Assembly (NCBI RefSeq): GCF_038025025.1
Contig: NW_027117338.1
Location: 1,364,001 to 1,428,000, forward strand
Source of the DNA: Phyllosticta citribraziliensis
Taxonomy: Eukaryota
Direction of reading: 5' to 3'
Length of the DNA: 64,000 nucleotides
Shown here: positions 38,035 to 49,665 of the stretch, piece after piece
Layout: each line of letters opens with the position of its first letter
How positions within the stretch are numbered: the stretch's first letter is position 1
Notes under the pieces: generated by a model
Databases searched by the model: none
What the model was told of the DNA's origin: nothing
What the model saw: only the letters and a program-made list of their open reading frames with translations
Translations under genes and position numbers: made by a program

Positions 38035-39257
38035 TTAGTCAACTCCTTCATCTTCGTACTTGTCGACGTCCTTTTTGTCAATGGTGTCGCCCTTGCTTTC
38101 ATCCTGGCTCTCCTCATCATCCTCGGAGTCATCCGATTCAGTCGTGTTGGATTCGACCTGGTCGGCTGGTATCAGGGTGAAAAGAACTACAAAGAGCGGC
38201 TCGTTGGTGGTGAGGTTTTTTAGGACATATCTGAGAGTGTGAGTCCTTTAGTCAGTTAGGGAAACCGCCCGTGAGAGCAGACACGGGTATTGCGATGTGG
38301 ATTTTGGGATATGATTGAATCCAGAGAATTCCCGTCACTCGTTCAACGACTCGAAAGAATTGAATGAGGTGTAATGCTTACCGCAAAGGCTGGCCGTCCC
38401 AGGACTTGATCACTGGGATCGTGATAATGGGGAGCTTGAGTGCAAAGTCTGTAATCAATCAGCGACATTTCCGGCCGAATTTGTGCGCCCGACGTACCAT
38501 TAAAGTCGAGGTACTTGTTGAAGAAGTCACAGGAGAAGGTCCTGTCCTTTTCAAAGACGAAGTCCTTCCTCGGCTCTTCGTGCCGAAAGTGTTTCATTCG
38601 AGACGGCCCATCTGCTGGCATGGATGAACTTTCACGGACGTCCTTCCCATCTCCTTGCGCGCCCTCCTCAAAAACAACCACGGCCTCATCACCCTCGCCG
38701 ACGGGATAACCCGCCTTTTCTGCAGCCTCGGAAGGCCTCTGTCCTTTTGCTCCTACATTGAGAATGTTCATGGAGCTGAGGACAGGAGAGTATAGATATG
38801 GTTCATCGGCATAGACGTCTCCCTCCATGGTAGGATCTATCCAGCTCTTCACCCAACCAAAAGCGGTGCTGAAGCCGTATGGCAAGCGGTCTCGAATAGG
38901 ATGGTCAAAATCATTGCCGAAGACGAGTTTGTCGCCGGGAATGTCCTGCTTCAAACGGAAGGTGTACGCGATGCCATAAAGGTCGGCCGTATGCGAGGTA
39001 TGAGAGAAGTATGGCGAGCTTTTGGGCGAGTTCTTGGGCAATCCTGCCAGGGGTAAGTTTCTGAGCAGAAGACTTTGGCGACTCCTCAAAAGAGACTTAC
39101 CGCGGTAGTTTTGTATGCGTACGCTCACCGAAGCATCAATATCTTTGGTGGAAATTTGGACAGGACTCGAGGTGTTCACTTTGACCTCTTGATGGCTCTT
39201 GGTGTCGTAGTCGGGGCCAACGGTGACTTTGAGGACGTACTTGCGTGCTTCGGACAT
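38035..39257 (-). CDS. DUF1769-like family protein
   Basis: YVLKVTVGPDYD, VRIQNYRGLP, LVFGNDFDHPIRDRLP, WIDP...GDVYADEPYLYSP, DFFNKYLDFNDFALKLP, WDGQPLR-YVLKN; acidic tail. Confidence 0.85.
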
Positions 39258-39918
39258 GATGGTGGGTGTTCGGGGAAGAGAGGAGAGCGTTTGATAGAAT
39301 ATTTGGAGCTGTGGAGAACACAATGCAGGTGGTGGAGTTCAGCAACTCGGCATGGGGTGACAGAGGAATGAATTGAAATACATGTGCCTGTGGTCCAGCT
39401 TGGTTTCTGGGGATGACGTCGCAGTGAGCGTCGATCATCCGTCCGGGTAGCTGCCGTGGGGCCGGCCAGATCCCCCTCCATCCGGCACTCCCTATTGACG
39501 ATCGATTGCTCTTGGCTAGTACATGAACTGTATATGCTGCAGAGGTTGATGAAAACCTCTCTTAAGAATTTGGACAAAAATTGACACGGTCGCGCATCAT
39601 CAGAAGTGTTTGATGCCTGGCCTTTCCGCTGATTTTCTTGTACCGATTAAGGCGACAGATGCACAACCACAGGGCCGCATCTTCTCACTCTTCCAATTGG
39701 CAGTATACAATTTCCATCAAGCCAAACAACAGTAATGATCCCCACCATGAATGCCAAAGATTGCGTGCAGACGTCTCGTATTCCGTACGGTGGTAAGGTT
39801 CTCAGCGCGTAGCCATCACGTGACCTAATTGGTGGTCCCCGGGGCCGGCCACCTGAAGTGGAATCCCTGTCAATTCAAGTCGGCCCTCTTCCAAACACCG
39901 CGTCGCCTCAACACGTCA

Positions 39919-39924
39919 ACGCGT
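39919..39924. promoter_or_regulatory. MCB-like element ACGCGT
   Basis: ~55 bp upstream of the CENP-U-like ATG, with a further CGCGT at about 39898-39903. Confidence 0.35.
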
Positions 39925-39977
39925 CCTTCTTTACAGGCGCACCCGTCGATCTCCATGTAGCCTCCAGCTTATCTCTA

Positions 39978-42022
39978 ATGGCGTCCAATGGTAAGAATCG
40001 CCCCGTCTGAAGTACCAAGGACGGACTACTCACCGCTATACAGATCGCGAGGAAAGGCGCCGCATGCGCCAACGCGGTGCGGGGTGAGTACCACGATTCA
40101 ATTGGTACAGTGCTACATTTCTGATCTCCTCTAGGACGAGCGGCATCACTGGACTGAACTTCGGATTCACATTTGGGGCGTCTGCTACTGCTCGACAACC
40201 TACGCCTCGCCGGACTCCAAGAGCGCTGCCTAACCAGCCAAACGCTCAACGCACTCCTCTCCCTATCCGGCGATCCTCTCGACGCTCCTCTTCAAAGAAG
40301 GCCACTCCGTCTTCCCAAGTTTCCCAGCGTACTTCGGGTTCCCAAAACGGATCAGCATCGCGCAGGACACCACGACAACGTCCAGCATCAGCAGATGCCC
40401 GCCCGCAAGATGAAGGCTCGTCTTCTCGTGCGAATGCAAGCCTGGCTTCAAATATTGCAGGAGACAATGTAACCACACCAACGACTGTACTGTCCGGGAG
40501 AAAGCGGAAGCGGCCCTCCCCAGTACTGGAGGCGCCACAAGAAAATGATGAGGACGAGCTGGAGCAAAATGACGAGGCATACACCATGTCTTCAGTCAAA
40601 AGCTCTCGTATCGAGTCTGTGCAGCGGCCTGATCCTACAAGAAGACGGACAACTCCATCGGCCATGTTGGAAGAAGCGCAGGATGAGCTGGACAGCCATG
40701 ACGGCAGCCACGTATTATCCAGCGCGAAAGCTTCTGGACAGACGCGCTCATTCATTCCCGAGACAGGCTTGGGTGGTAAGGCGCAACAAATTGTCAGTCC
40801 CATTGTGGCGGCCAAAAAGCGACCTGGCCGGCCCCGTAAATCTTCAGGAGATGCACCGGCATTGCTTGGAGCAGCGCCATCTAGCACAGTCGTTCAAAAG
40901 AAGAGAGGCAGGCCACCGAAAGCGCCCCCTGCACAACAAGACCAGGACGCAGCGCAGTCTGCATCTAAACCTCTCTCGGCCAAGAAATCTGCCCAAAGAA
41001 ACATTTCCGAGCCTGAAACTTTCTTTGACGAAGCAGATGAAGGCCAAGATAATCTTGGGGAGGGAATTTCTCTTGGGGATATTGACGCAAAAGCGGCCAA
41101 TGGCACTCGACGGGTATCGAGACGATCGTTGAATCAAGCCGAGTTTGAGGATTCGGAGGAGGAATACGACCCCTCCAAAGAGCCCTCCCCAGAAAGACCG
41201 CCAGCCAACAAACCAATCAAACCAAAACGGCGTGGCCGGAAGCCCAAAGCTCCGACATCTCGTAGTTCGGAGGCTCAGCCCAAGCGCCAACGCGCACGAG
41301 ACGAGGAGGCCGGCGAAACAAGCACCATCCCCATTACGATCTACCGCTTATCCAAAGCTCCACGGCTAACAGGAAACGAGGGCGAAGACGAGCTTGCCAA
41401 TCCTCGTCTCGAAATCCCCGTCCGTGTCCCTGGCGTCAACGCCGTTGATGTGCTCGCAGAATTCATGGGTGAAAAAATGGAGGACATCTCTGCAAGACTT
41501 CGGGAAGCTGTCGCAGACGAGGCAGACAAGGCGCTGCGTTCCAAGCTTAAGCGTCAGGTCAATACTGTTGAAGAATTCGGCCGTGAGCTCGACTCTCAGC
41601 TGCTACATCTGAGGGAAGCAACATACGCAGGCGAGTCGCTCAAAGCCCGGCTGAAGACGACACGCAAACGGAGAGAGGCGCTCACGCAAGAGTTTCTGGA
41701 TATTAGAAAAGAGAGGGACGAAATCGCTTTGAGAACGGATGCAGTGCGGCGAAAGTACGAGGAGGCCGAAATGGCGAGGAAGCGGGACCAAGACCTCAAC
41801 GCCGCAATTTTCGACATTGAACTCGCTGTGCAACGAGGCAAGCAAAATGCTGAGAGGCAAGGCAGGCAAGACGAGGCGCCCGAGATGCCATTGGATTGGA
41901 TACTCGACGAGGTCGCTGGCACGGTCAGCTTGAGTGGCAACGGAGGTGGGCTCTTGCACAAGGTCAAGGATTTCAATGCATTTCTGGAGCAGGCAGCAGG
42001 TGTGTTGGAGGGACGGGCCTAG
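39978..42022 (+). CDS. AT-hook-containing inner kinetochore protein, CENP-U/Ame1-like
   Basis: Spliced start MASNDREERRRMRQRGAG...NFGFTF (2 introns); AT-hooks KRPGRPRK, KKRGRPPK, RRGRKPK; C-terminal VNAVDVLAE followed by coiled coil. Confidence 0.7.
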
Positions 42023-42850
42023 CAAATGGCCTGAAATTGTGAGCCGGTACTTTAACTGTTAGATACCCTTTTGCGGCGCGTAGGAAAATCAAGGTAACAG
42101 CGGTGGTACATTGCTACCCTCGAGGAGTCTTTTCATGACCAGTCTTTATGCTTGATATTCTTGCGGTGTCTTTTACGACCTGAACGTTGCATCGAGTTTG
42201 GCCACATTGAGTATCTACACCACTCAGCCACGATGTATGCCAGCAAATGTTGGGTGTGATTGTCCTTGTGAGGGCACAGATGCGCCCGAGAAGCGTGTAC
42301 TGTACCATGGATTTCAATCAAGGAAAGGAAGTTCATTGCTGCGTGTGCTCGATGATCTGTGCCATTGCCCCATCTCCAACTCAAGCCAGGTGCGGCACAT
42401 GAAAGGCCTGAGGGCGTGACTACCTTGACGTGGTACCGGGCTACTTGTCCTGCTCTCTCTTTCCCTGGGCTTTGCCAACCTTCAACCACTCATCTTACAC
42501 GCTTCGACAGGCGCAGCACCCAACCCATGGCGAGCTGGCCTCTGACCTGACTCTCACTCTCCTCTGTACTTCAAAGCCCCGTCCCACGAACACCTTTGCC
42601 TCTCCCTTCTCTTCACGAGAACCCTCCATCGACTTCACTTTTGGACCTACCGCACTTCGCCGTCTATTATCCCTCGCATCTCAGCAACCCTCTGGCCTGA
42701 GTATCTACGCCTCTTCCGCTTCTCTCCAGATACCGCTCAAAGCATCATTTCGAGCACCAGCTTTGAGATTCCAAGCAAAGCAACACTTTGACAAGTTTTC
42801 GACCCTGCGCCGCCAAACTTCCAACCCACATCCATTCTCAACAAAATACC

Positions 42851-44893
42851 ATGAACCGTAAGAGGTTTCGCGCAGCCCAAGAGGCCGTCGATGCAACACC
42901 AACCGCTTACAGGAATGGGTTTGGTCTGGGCCACGGCTACGCCAACCAAGACATCGCCATCAACCAAAGATCCAAGGCAGCCAATGAGACTGTGTCATCA
43001 GCAACAGCCTTTGACCAGGGCCGTGGCCGTGGGCGGCGTCGTGGCCGGGGTGGTCGGGGTGGTCATGGACGCCGACGCAACAAGGCAGCACAGAGGGAGA
43101 AAGTCGAGGAATGGTTGGACGCCAAGCTGAGGAAGTGCGTGAAGAACTTCATCGTCTGCCGCGATCAATCCGAGCGAATGGAAGGTCCCTTTGATGACCC
43201 GTGGAAGCTTTGGGGTCAAAAGTCAAGCGATGACTGCACGTGCCGCCCTTTGCGACCTATATTCGCCGCGGTAGAGGCAACCATGGAACGATGGGGAGAC
43301 CAAAGCCTGCACCATTGGGTCATGGCCGAAAGAATGCACATTTGGAGCGTCGATGTCGAGTATCGCGAAAAATGGTTCCTCGAGCAACGTCATCCGGGCT
43401 ACGGAGAGTCCATCTGCATTCGTCCTTGGTTCATTGCCGATGATGCCGGAGTGCGAGGCTGGGAAGGACCCGCGTATCTTGTGAAGGCATGGATCTCTGA
43501 GGAAGGAGGTGTTGCTATCGGATTGTCGGAAGACGCCGAAATCCCGTTGGCAAAGCTCCTGGATGAAATGGCCACCAGGCATTTCCTGGACGACGTTCCC
43601 GACAGTGACGTTTGGAAACATTGGGTCGCCAATGACAAGAAATTCAACTGGGCCGGCCTTCCGGACGAGATCAAGCTCAAAATCATGGGCCATTTGGTCA
43701 AAGAAGAAGAGGTTAGGCCTTATGAGAAGCCCATGGGCCGCGGTGCTGTTGCTAGGCGTGAGAAAGACCCTCTACCGGAAGTGGCGAAAGGCTGGCAGAT
43801 TATGGAAGGCCTGTTTCATGTGCTGCCCCAAGGCGACGACCAGCATCTTGGGATGGACCAAATGAGCGTCATGGCGATCGACTTCCTGTTGGCCAGCAAC
43901 GTGTTCTGCTTTCAAAATATTCAAGCACTCAGGCGCTTTCTGAAGAACATGGGCCCGGCAGCGCAAAAGGTCCGGAGGATCAAGCTTCACTTCCAGTACG
44001 AAGACCTTTTGGTCCTATTCTGCAACAACACCCTGCCTCTCGCCACTGAACCTGGAGGCAATGATCAATCGAGGCCTCTGATACGGAATGAACCTATCGA
44101 AGGAGTCAAGGCAATCCTGAGGCGCCTGAAGAGGTTGGATCTTACGGAGCTGAAGATCCACGTAAGGAAATCATCAAGCACGTATCTTAGAAAGATGGCG
44201 CACTACGGTTATGTGGCCTGGGAGTTCCATTGCCATCGCAGCATGCAAATCTACATCTTCCGTCGAATGGTCACCCACTTTGCCCACGTCAGGAAGTTGG
44301 GCATGGACTTTGACTGCGGCCCTGGAGACGCACCTATCCACGAAATTCTTGCCAAGATCCATCGCGACGCCATGAACCATCCCGAGGGAGAGCTGAAGAT
44401 GGCGCGCAAAGCTCGCGAACAAGTTCGACTGTTGGAGACACGCGGCGAGGAATACGACAACAGTGATGGCGGAGTCAAGCTGCCCCTTCATCAGCCCAAG
44501 TTGAAAGGCTGGGCGGAGCACAGTTCTCGTTCTCGTTCCCTTGGGCTCGAATATACCCACGATCCCGTCGTATGGCGAGAAGATGCCCAGCAGCGGTCCG
44601 ACTTCCTTTTTCCATGCGCAGCTCACCCCCTGGATAGATGCCAAGATATAGAAGACTGCATATTCGGCACATTCACGCCCGGCCGCCTCCGTCAAGAGCC
44701 TGAAGAATGGGAGCCGACCGACAAGGATGACATGCGGGAGCTCGAAGAGTGGCAGGCAGCGCAGACAAATGGCGAGGCCCAAGAGCTCGATGACGATGAC
44801 GAGTATGATGACAGGCCAGCATCTTACCCAAGCTTTTCACCGTGGCTAGACCCGGAGGGCCTACTTGCTGAGGATGAGGAGGAAGGCGAGTAG
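42851..44893 (+). CDS. Intronless hypothetical protein with internal F-box-like motif
   Basis: 680-codon ORF; RG-rich N-terminal patch; FNWAGLPDEIKLKIMGHL; NVFCFQNIQALRRFLKNMG...VRRIKL. Confidence 0.75.
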   Translation: MNRKRFRAAQEAVDATPTAYRNGFGLGHGYANQDIAINQRSKAANETVSSATAFDQGRGRGRRRGRGGRGGHGRRRNKAAQREKVEEWLDAKLRKCVKNFIVCRDQSERMEGPFDDPWKLWGQKSSDDCTCRPLRPIFAAVEATMERWGDQSLHHWVMAERMHIWSVDVEYREKWFLEQRHPGYGESICIRPWFIADDAGVRGWEGPAYLVKAWISEEGGVAIGLSEDAEIPLAKLLDEMATRHFLDDVPDSDVWKHWVANDKKFNWAGLPDEIKLKIMGHLVKEEEVRPYEKPMGRGAVARREKDPLPEVAKGWQIMEGLFHVLPQGDDQHLGMDQMSVMAIDFLLASNVFCFQNIQALRRFLKNMGPAAQKVRRIKLHFQYEDLLVLFCNNTLPLATEPGGNDQSRPLIRNEPIEGVKAILRRLKRLDLTELKIHVRKSSSTYLRKMAHYGYVAWEFHCHRSMQIYIFRRMVTHFAHVRKLGMDFDCGPGDAPIHEILAKIHRDAMNHPEGELKMARKAREQVRLLETRGEEYDNSDGGVKLPLHQPKLKGWAEHSSRSRSLGLEYTHDPVVWREDAQQRSDFLFPCAAHPLDRCQDIEDCIFGTFTPGRLRQEPEEWEPTDKDDMRELEEWQAAQTNGEAQELDDDDEYDDRPASYPSFSPWLDPEGLLAEDEEEGE

Positions 44894-45554
44894 ATGAGAT
44901 TCAGTGCCACGAATCGGGCGACCAACGAAGCTGAGGGTGGGCGCGGAGAGATGAGTAGAGACGATGGTCAAAGGAATTGTACAGTAATGCAGACGACAGG
45001 AGATTCTGATTGGATTGAAGGGAGCGGCATTGGATTCCCGGGGGTAGAGGTTCGCGGACAGGAACGAAGGGAACAGAGAGCAGTATAGCACCTGGCCGAC
45101 TACCTCGACGAATGGTTGAAGGGCCAATATATTTTGCTTCTGAAAAACCAAATGTACTCGCGATGGATGTCTTGTCCGCGAGATGAGGTGAGGTTGGAAG
45201 AGGCATGCGGCACGACCCGAGGCTGGTGGCCACAGCACCCGAACAGCTTTGCTAAGGCCGAACTTGGCCCCGGGCAGCAGCGCCAGCCCTGCCGCCGCGG
45301 CGAGACGACCTGGACCAACGGCAAACGCATCAGATGCCCTGACAGGACACCGGATACGCTCCTTCTGCTGCGCCGCCTGCCTTACAGCCTTCTGCTCGCA
45401 TCGCATAGCATCGCATCGCAACCACTCTCGGCTCTCCGCCTGCTACGAGCTCGACCTGGAACTATGACGGCGACCTGACCGGCCCCACGACGAGCATCTT
45501 GCTCGGCTTCCACCTGGAATTTCGCTTTCGTCACAAGCTAACCTCCGCGGCGAA

Positions 45555-48500
45555 ATGCTTACACCTCCGCTGCGCATGGCTGCCCCCTCTGCGCCTACAG
45601 CCGCCTCGCTGTCACGATCTCGCCCCGTCTACGCCGTGCTCGTCGGCGCCTTTGTCCTCTACGCCGGCTACCTCCTCTACGTCAACCGCCCGGCACCCTC
45701 GTCCCACCTCCACCGAAGCAACGCGGTACACCGACGGCGCAACCCACGGAGTCGCGCCCAGTCACAACCAGCAGATGCCGCTGCAGGTGCTGAAGCCTCA
45801 GAAGACCAAGATGCGCCGCTCCCAGAGAGGCCTTATGGCATCTTCGTCGTCAGCGATCCTAATGATCCCTCAAGACGGCACAGGATTCCGCTTGTCCCAG
45901 GAAGATTGCCCGATGTCAACTGGTTCCGGAACATATGCCACACGGATCGAGAAACGGCCGAAATTTTGGTTCAAGATGCCCAGCGCCAGTTCCTCAACAT
46001 ATACTTGTGGGAAGAGGTTGGAAGCACCACCATGGTGAGCAGCTCTGGCTTGATGAGCGAGAGCATCTACCGGCGTTTGATCGGATGGGGCATTCCACGC
46101 CACCAAATCGTCGCTGCCTTTACGCGACACAATACTCGAGTGGCGCAAGCTCAGCGACCAGAAGCTGACGGTACGCGCGAAACAATCGTGCTTCCCGCTG
46201 GAAATGACGACGAGACCGACGTAGCCTCGTTGCGAGACATTGGACCTGGTAGCACTGGAAATGGCGCCAACGAGAACTCGAGCGGGCACGCACTTCGTAA
46301 AACGTTGTACTACATTGCAGAAGAGCAGGCTCGCAACAAGGGGATCGTGCACCGCGGCATCACTTGCGATGGGTGCCGAACTAATCCCATCCGCGGCATA
46401 CGCTGGCGCTGCACGAATTGCATCGATTATGATTTGTGCTCGGACTGCGAGGCCACGGACATACACCCCAAGACGCACATGTTTCAAAAAGTAAAGGTGC
46501 CAGCCCGCTATCTCGGTTACACGCGTAATCCAATGCCCGTCTACTTTCCCGGAAATCCAGGCTTCATGCCCAACATGGTCCCCAACGCAGTCCGCAGGAG
46601 CTTGGAGCAGTCTACGGGATATGAACCGGAAGAAATCGACGGTCTCTGGGAACAATTCACCTGTCTCGCCAACGTTCAATGGGAGCAAGACCCAAATAAA
46701 TTGGGCGCGAGAATAGACAGGAGGGCGTTTGACAAGTCCTTCGTTCCTCGTTATACGGCCAAGGTCCCTGCGCAAAATCTTGTTTACGACCGCGTCTTTA
46801 GCTTTTTCGACACCGACCAAAACGGCTTCATTGACTTTGTAGAATTTGTCGAGGGCATGAACATGATTCGGACCAGCACCACTTCAAGCGTCCCCAAACT
46901 TCGCAAAATTTTCGACTGCTACGACATCGACCGCGACGGCTGTGTGAATCGGAAAGACTTTTTGCGCATTTTCCGAGCCTATTTCACGATTCTGAAAGAG
47001 AAGACCCGCGACATGCTCATGGTCGCAGAGGAGCATTTGAGCGTGGCGGGGGCCATGGACACCATCACATCCAGTCAACCTTTGAGCGCTGCCTTCCTTG
47101 GTGGGCCAAATTTCAACCGAGAGCGGCGTGACAATTTGCGAAACAAGACTTACAATCAAACCGACCACGATCCTGAGCCCGGCCAGAATGTTGTCAATGA
47201 TAGCAGCAACGACACCCGAGACCGCTTCGAATTCATTGCTGAGGCGGGCCGCTTGCGACGTCTTGGCCCTACTTTTGATGGGGAAGGACTATACGGGTCA
47301 GAACGAACAGAGCAGCAGGCTCTGAGGGATCGCTGGCGGCGGCGAGAATTCTACATTGACGAGGAAGAGGGATTTGCTACACCTTCAGGTTGGAACGATG
47401 ACATGAGTGACCCCGTTGATGGAACTGCCACCCCCGCAGGCGATTCCGCGGATGCTCAGAGCCCAGCCTACCGGCGCCCTTCTCACTCACGATCGTCATC
47501 ACGCGTGCGTTTCGCAGATGATCTGGAGTCCGACGCCCGTTCCGATGTTTCTACTTCGTCCCGGCCTGTAGGAGAGCGTTGGGGCGGCTACGACATCCCG
47601 CACGCCGAAGAGGATTTGGGTCAAGACATACTTTACCAGGTCAGCCAGCAAGGATGCAACGAGATGTTGGACCCAATCTTCAAGCGAAAGGAAGACCTCT
47701 ACATCGAGATGATCCTAACTAAAGCGGAACGTCTTCATTGGAAAAACGAGATAGACGGTTTCGTTCAGGAAATGAGGTCCGAATTCGGGGTAGACTTTGC
47801 AAAAGATCGCCTCACATGGTCCGAAGAATTCGAACAGGTTCTTGAGGTGTCTCTGAAATTCGCAGCATTGATAGCGGGCAGGAGTTGGACAGCAATTTCC
47901 AATACCCAGAAAACGGAGCGCACCGAACAGTCAAAGCCAGACCCCGTAGAAGGATTCGTGGCTGCAGCGCTCAACCATTTGAAATGGGATGTCGGAGATG
48001 TTGGAGCTGCAGTGCCCGACAGCAACAGCCTCGTCCCTGGGCTCATCCCTGGGGATGGATTCACGAGACTCATCAATGGCCTCAGGGCTGCCAAACCCCT
48101 GGTTACTGCGGCCGTCCAGCGCGTCAATGACTTCAAGACGTCGATTTCGCCAACCGATGCAGCAAGATGGCACGCAAAATTAGAGGTTGAGCTTGTGTAT
48201 GCTGAGCTGGATGAGATGCTTGAGCTCTGCCATCAGAGGGAAGAAGAATACTACTTTGAGACTGCCAATACCAGCGACGAAGAGCACGACTCGGCAGAAG
48301 AAAGCGAGGTTGACGAAGATCACACTCAACGGCCCATGGTCCCAACTCCCAGTCAAGAACGTCAAAGCAGGCCGGCTGCCGAGCTTGTACGCGACCCAAC
48401 AATGCCACAATTCCGCCCAAACAGCGCAATAGAGGCCAATGCCGAGGATACACAGCCCACAAGAGACCCTGACTTCACACTGCCTTTTGACGTCCGCCGC

Positions 48501-49316
48501 GCCAATGACCCAACAACTGCCGAGCATTCATCGCCACCGAGATCCGCAACCGATTCCGACGACTCTATGCCTACGCTGGAGTCTGTGTGTCCGCCAAGAT
48601 CAGGATCCCCTCCGCCTCAAGTCGATCGAGCACACTCATCAGGATCTTCTTCACCGTTACCTCCGCTGGAGGATCCCGAGGGCGATGCTGAGCATGAAGC
48701 GCTGATATCAGCGGTTTCCCTGTTCAACTCGATGAGCAACGACCATTCTTCTGGACCTTCATTCCCACGTCAAGCCAGAGATAGCTCGCCTAGCCCTGAA
48801 ATTCGTTTGACAAATGGAAACATCGTTGCAGATGGCAATTCGGAAACATCTGCTTCCAGCACAAGCTCTGCTTCTGGAGACCATGATGACGATGACGACG
48901 ACGAAGACGAAGACGATGGAGAAGAAGAAGAAGGAGATTCGGGAGATGAAGAGGAAGGTGCAAATCTACCTCGTGGCGCCTTGGCGCTCAACTCCTTGTC
49001 CCTGCCAGATGAGCTACTCGCCTTCTTCGACCACGCATACCGCGATGAACGTATCCGGGAACTCGTCACTGCGTCGTCAGAAAAATACCAGACAATAAAC
49101 AAGCATATCAATGAGGCCTTTCGCCGCAGAAAGGACCATTCCGGAAAGCCGTCCCCCGAGAGGATGGCGCGACTTGCGATCCTTGAGGGCGTGCAAGCAG
49201 AGGTCGCAGAAAGGGGTGCGGGAGTGCTGACCTTCGACGAATTCAAGGAGATTCTGGAGAAGGAAGCCGGAGTGCTCATTTTTGTGGAAAACTGGCTGGA
49301 ATTGGGCAGTCTTTGA
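45555..49316 (+). CDS. Membrane-anchored ZZ zinc finger / EF-hand protein
   Basis: N-terminal TM YAVLVGAFVLYAGYLLY; ZZ CDGC..PIRGIRWRCTNCIDYDLCSDC..H..H; EF-hands FDTDQNGFIDFVEF and YDIDRDGCVNRKDF. Start may be 45576. Confidence 0.88.
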   Translation: MLTPPLRMAAPSAPTAASLSRSRPVYAVLVGAFVLYAGYLLYVNRPAPSSHLHRSNAVHRRRNPRSRAQSQPADAAAGAEASEDQDAPLPERPYGIFVVSDPNDPSRRHRIPLVPGRLPDVNWFRNICHTDRETAEILVQDAQRQFLNIYLWEEVGSTTMVSSSGLMSESIYRRLIGWGIPRHQIVAAFTRHNTRVAQAQRPEADGTRETIVLPAGNDDETDVASLRDIGPGSTGNGANENSSGHALRKTLYYIAEEQARNKGIVHRGITCDGCRTNPIRGIRWRCTNCIDYDLCSDCEATDIHPKTHMFQKVKVPARYLGYTRNPMPVYFPGNPGFMPNMVPNAVRRSLEQSTGYEPEEIDGLWEQFTCLANVQWEQDPNKLGARIDRRAFDKSFVPRYTAKVPAQNLVYDRVFSFFDTDQNGFIDFVEFVEGMNMIRTSTTSSVPKLRKIFDCYDIDRDGCVNRKDFLRIFRAYFTILKEKTRDMLMVAEEHLSVAGAMDTITSSQPLSAAFLGGPNFNRERRDNLRNKTYNQTDHDPEPGQNVVNDSSNDTRDRFEFIAEAGRLRRLGPTFDGEGLYGSERTEQQALRDRWRRREFYIDEEEGFATPSGWNDDMSDPVDGTATPAGDSADAQSPAYRRPSHSRSSSRVRFADDLESDARSDVSTSSRPVGERWGGYDIPHAEEDLGQDILYQVSQQGCNEMLDPIFKRKEDLYIEMILTKAERLHWKNEIDGFVQEMRSEFGVDFAKDRLTWSEEFEQVLEVSLKFAALIAGRSWTAISNTQKTERTEQSKPDPVEGFVAAALNHLKWDVGDVGAAVPDSNSLVPGLIPGDGFTRLINGLRAAKPLVTAAVQRVNDFKTSISPTDAARWHAKLEVELVYAELDEMLELCHQREEEYYFETANTSDEEHDSAEESEVDEDHTQRPMVPTPSQERQSRPAAELVRDPTMPQFRPNSAIEANAEDTQPTRDPDFTLPFDVRRANDPTTAEHSSPPRSATDSDDSMPTLESVCPPRSGSPPPQVDRAHSSGSSSPLPPLEDPEGDAEHEALISAVSLFNSMSNDHSSGPSFPRQARDSSPSPEIRLTNGNIVADGNSETSASSTSSASGDHDDDDDDEDEDDGEEEEGDSGDEEEGANLPRGALALNSLSLPDELLAFFDHAYRDERIRELVTASSEKYQTINKHINEAFRRRKDHSGKPSPERMARLAILEGVQAEVAERGAGVLTFDEFKEILEKEAGVLIFVENWLELGSL

Positions 49317-49665
49317 GCGTTTGGTTCGCCGGCGACGGCGTCGTGTCGCATGGGGTTGTTCTAGGTAAATGTGGTCGGCTTGGTGGCATGGTACGAGTGC
49401 ACGGCATTTGGTCTCGGGAAAAAGGGAAGCGATTCTTTTTGCTGTGTATATTAGAGTGTAGAGATGATACCCGGTGGCTGCTTGACTGCTGGATGAGAAT
49501 TCCAATCACAACTTCATCTGATTGACCTTTTGCTTTACATGGACGCCAAACACAACCATCTGTTGAGCGGAGCGGAAAGTCAATCTTGGCGGGGCGGAAC
49601 CGGTTGACCACCGAGTACCTCCAGCTACATATATTACACCACCACAAGCCACGAAGGCTCCCACC

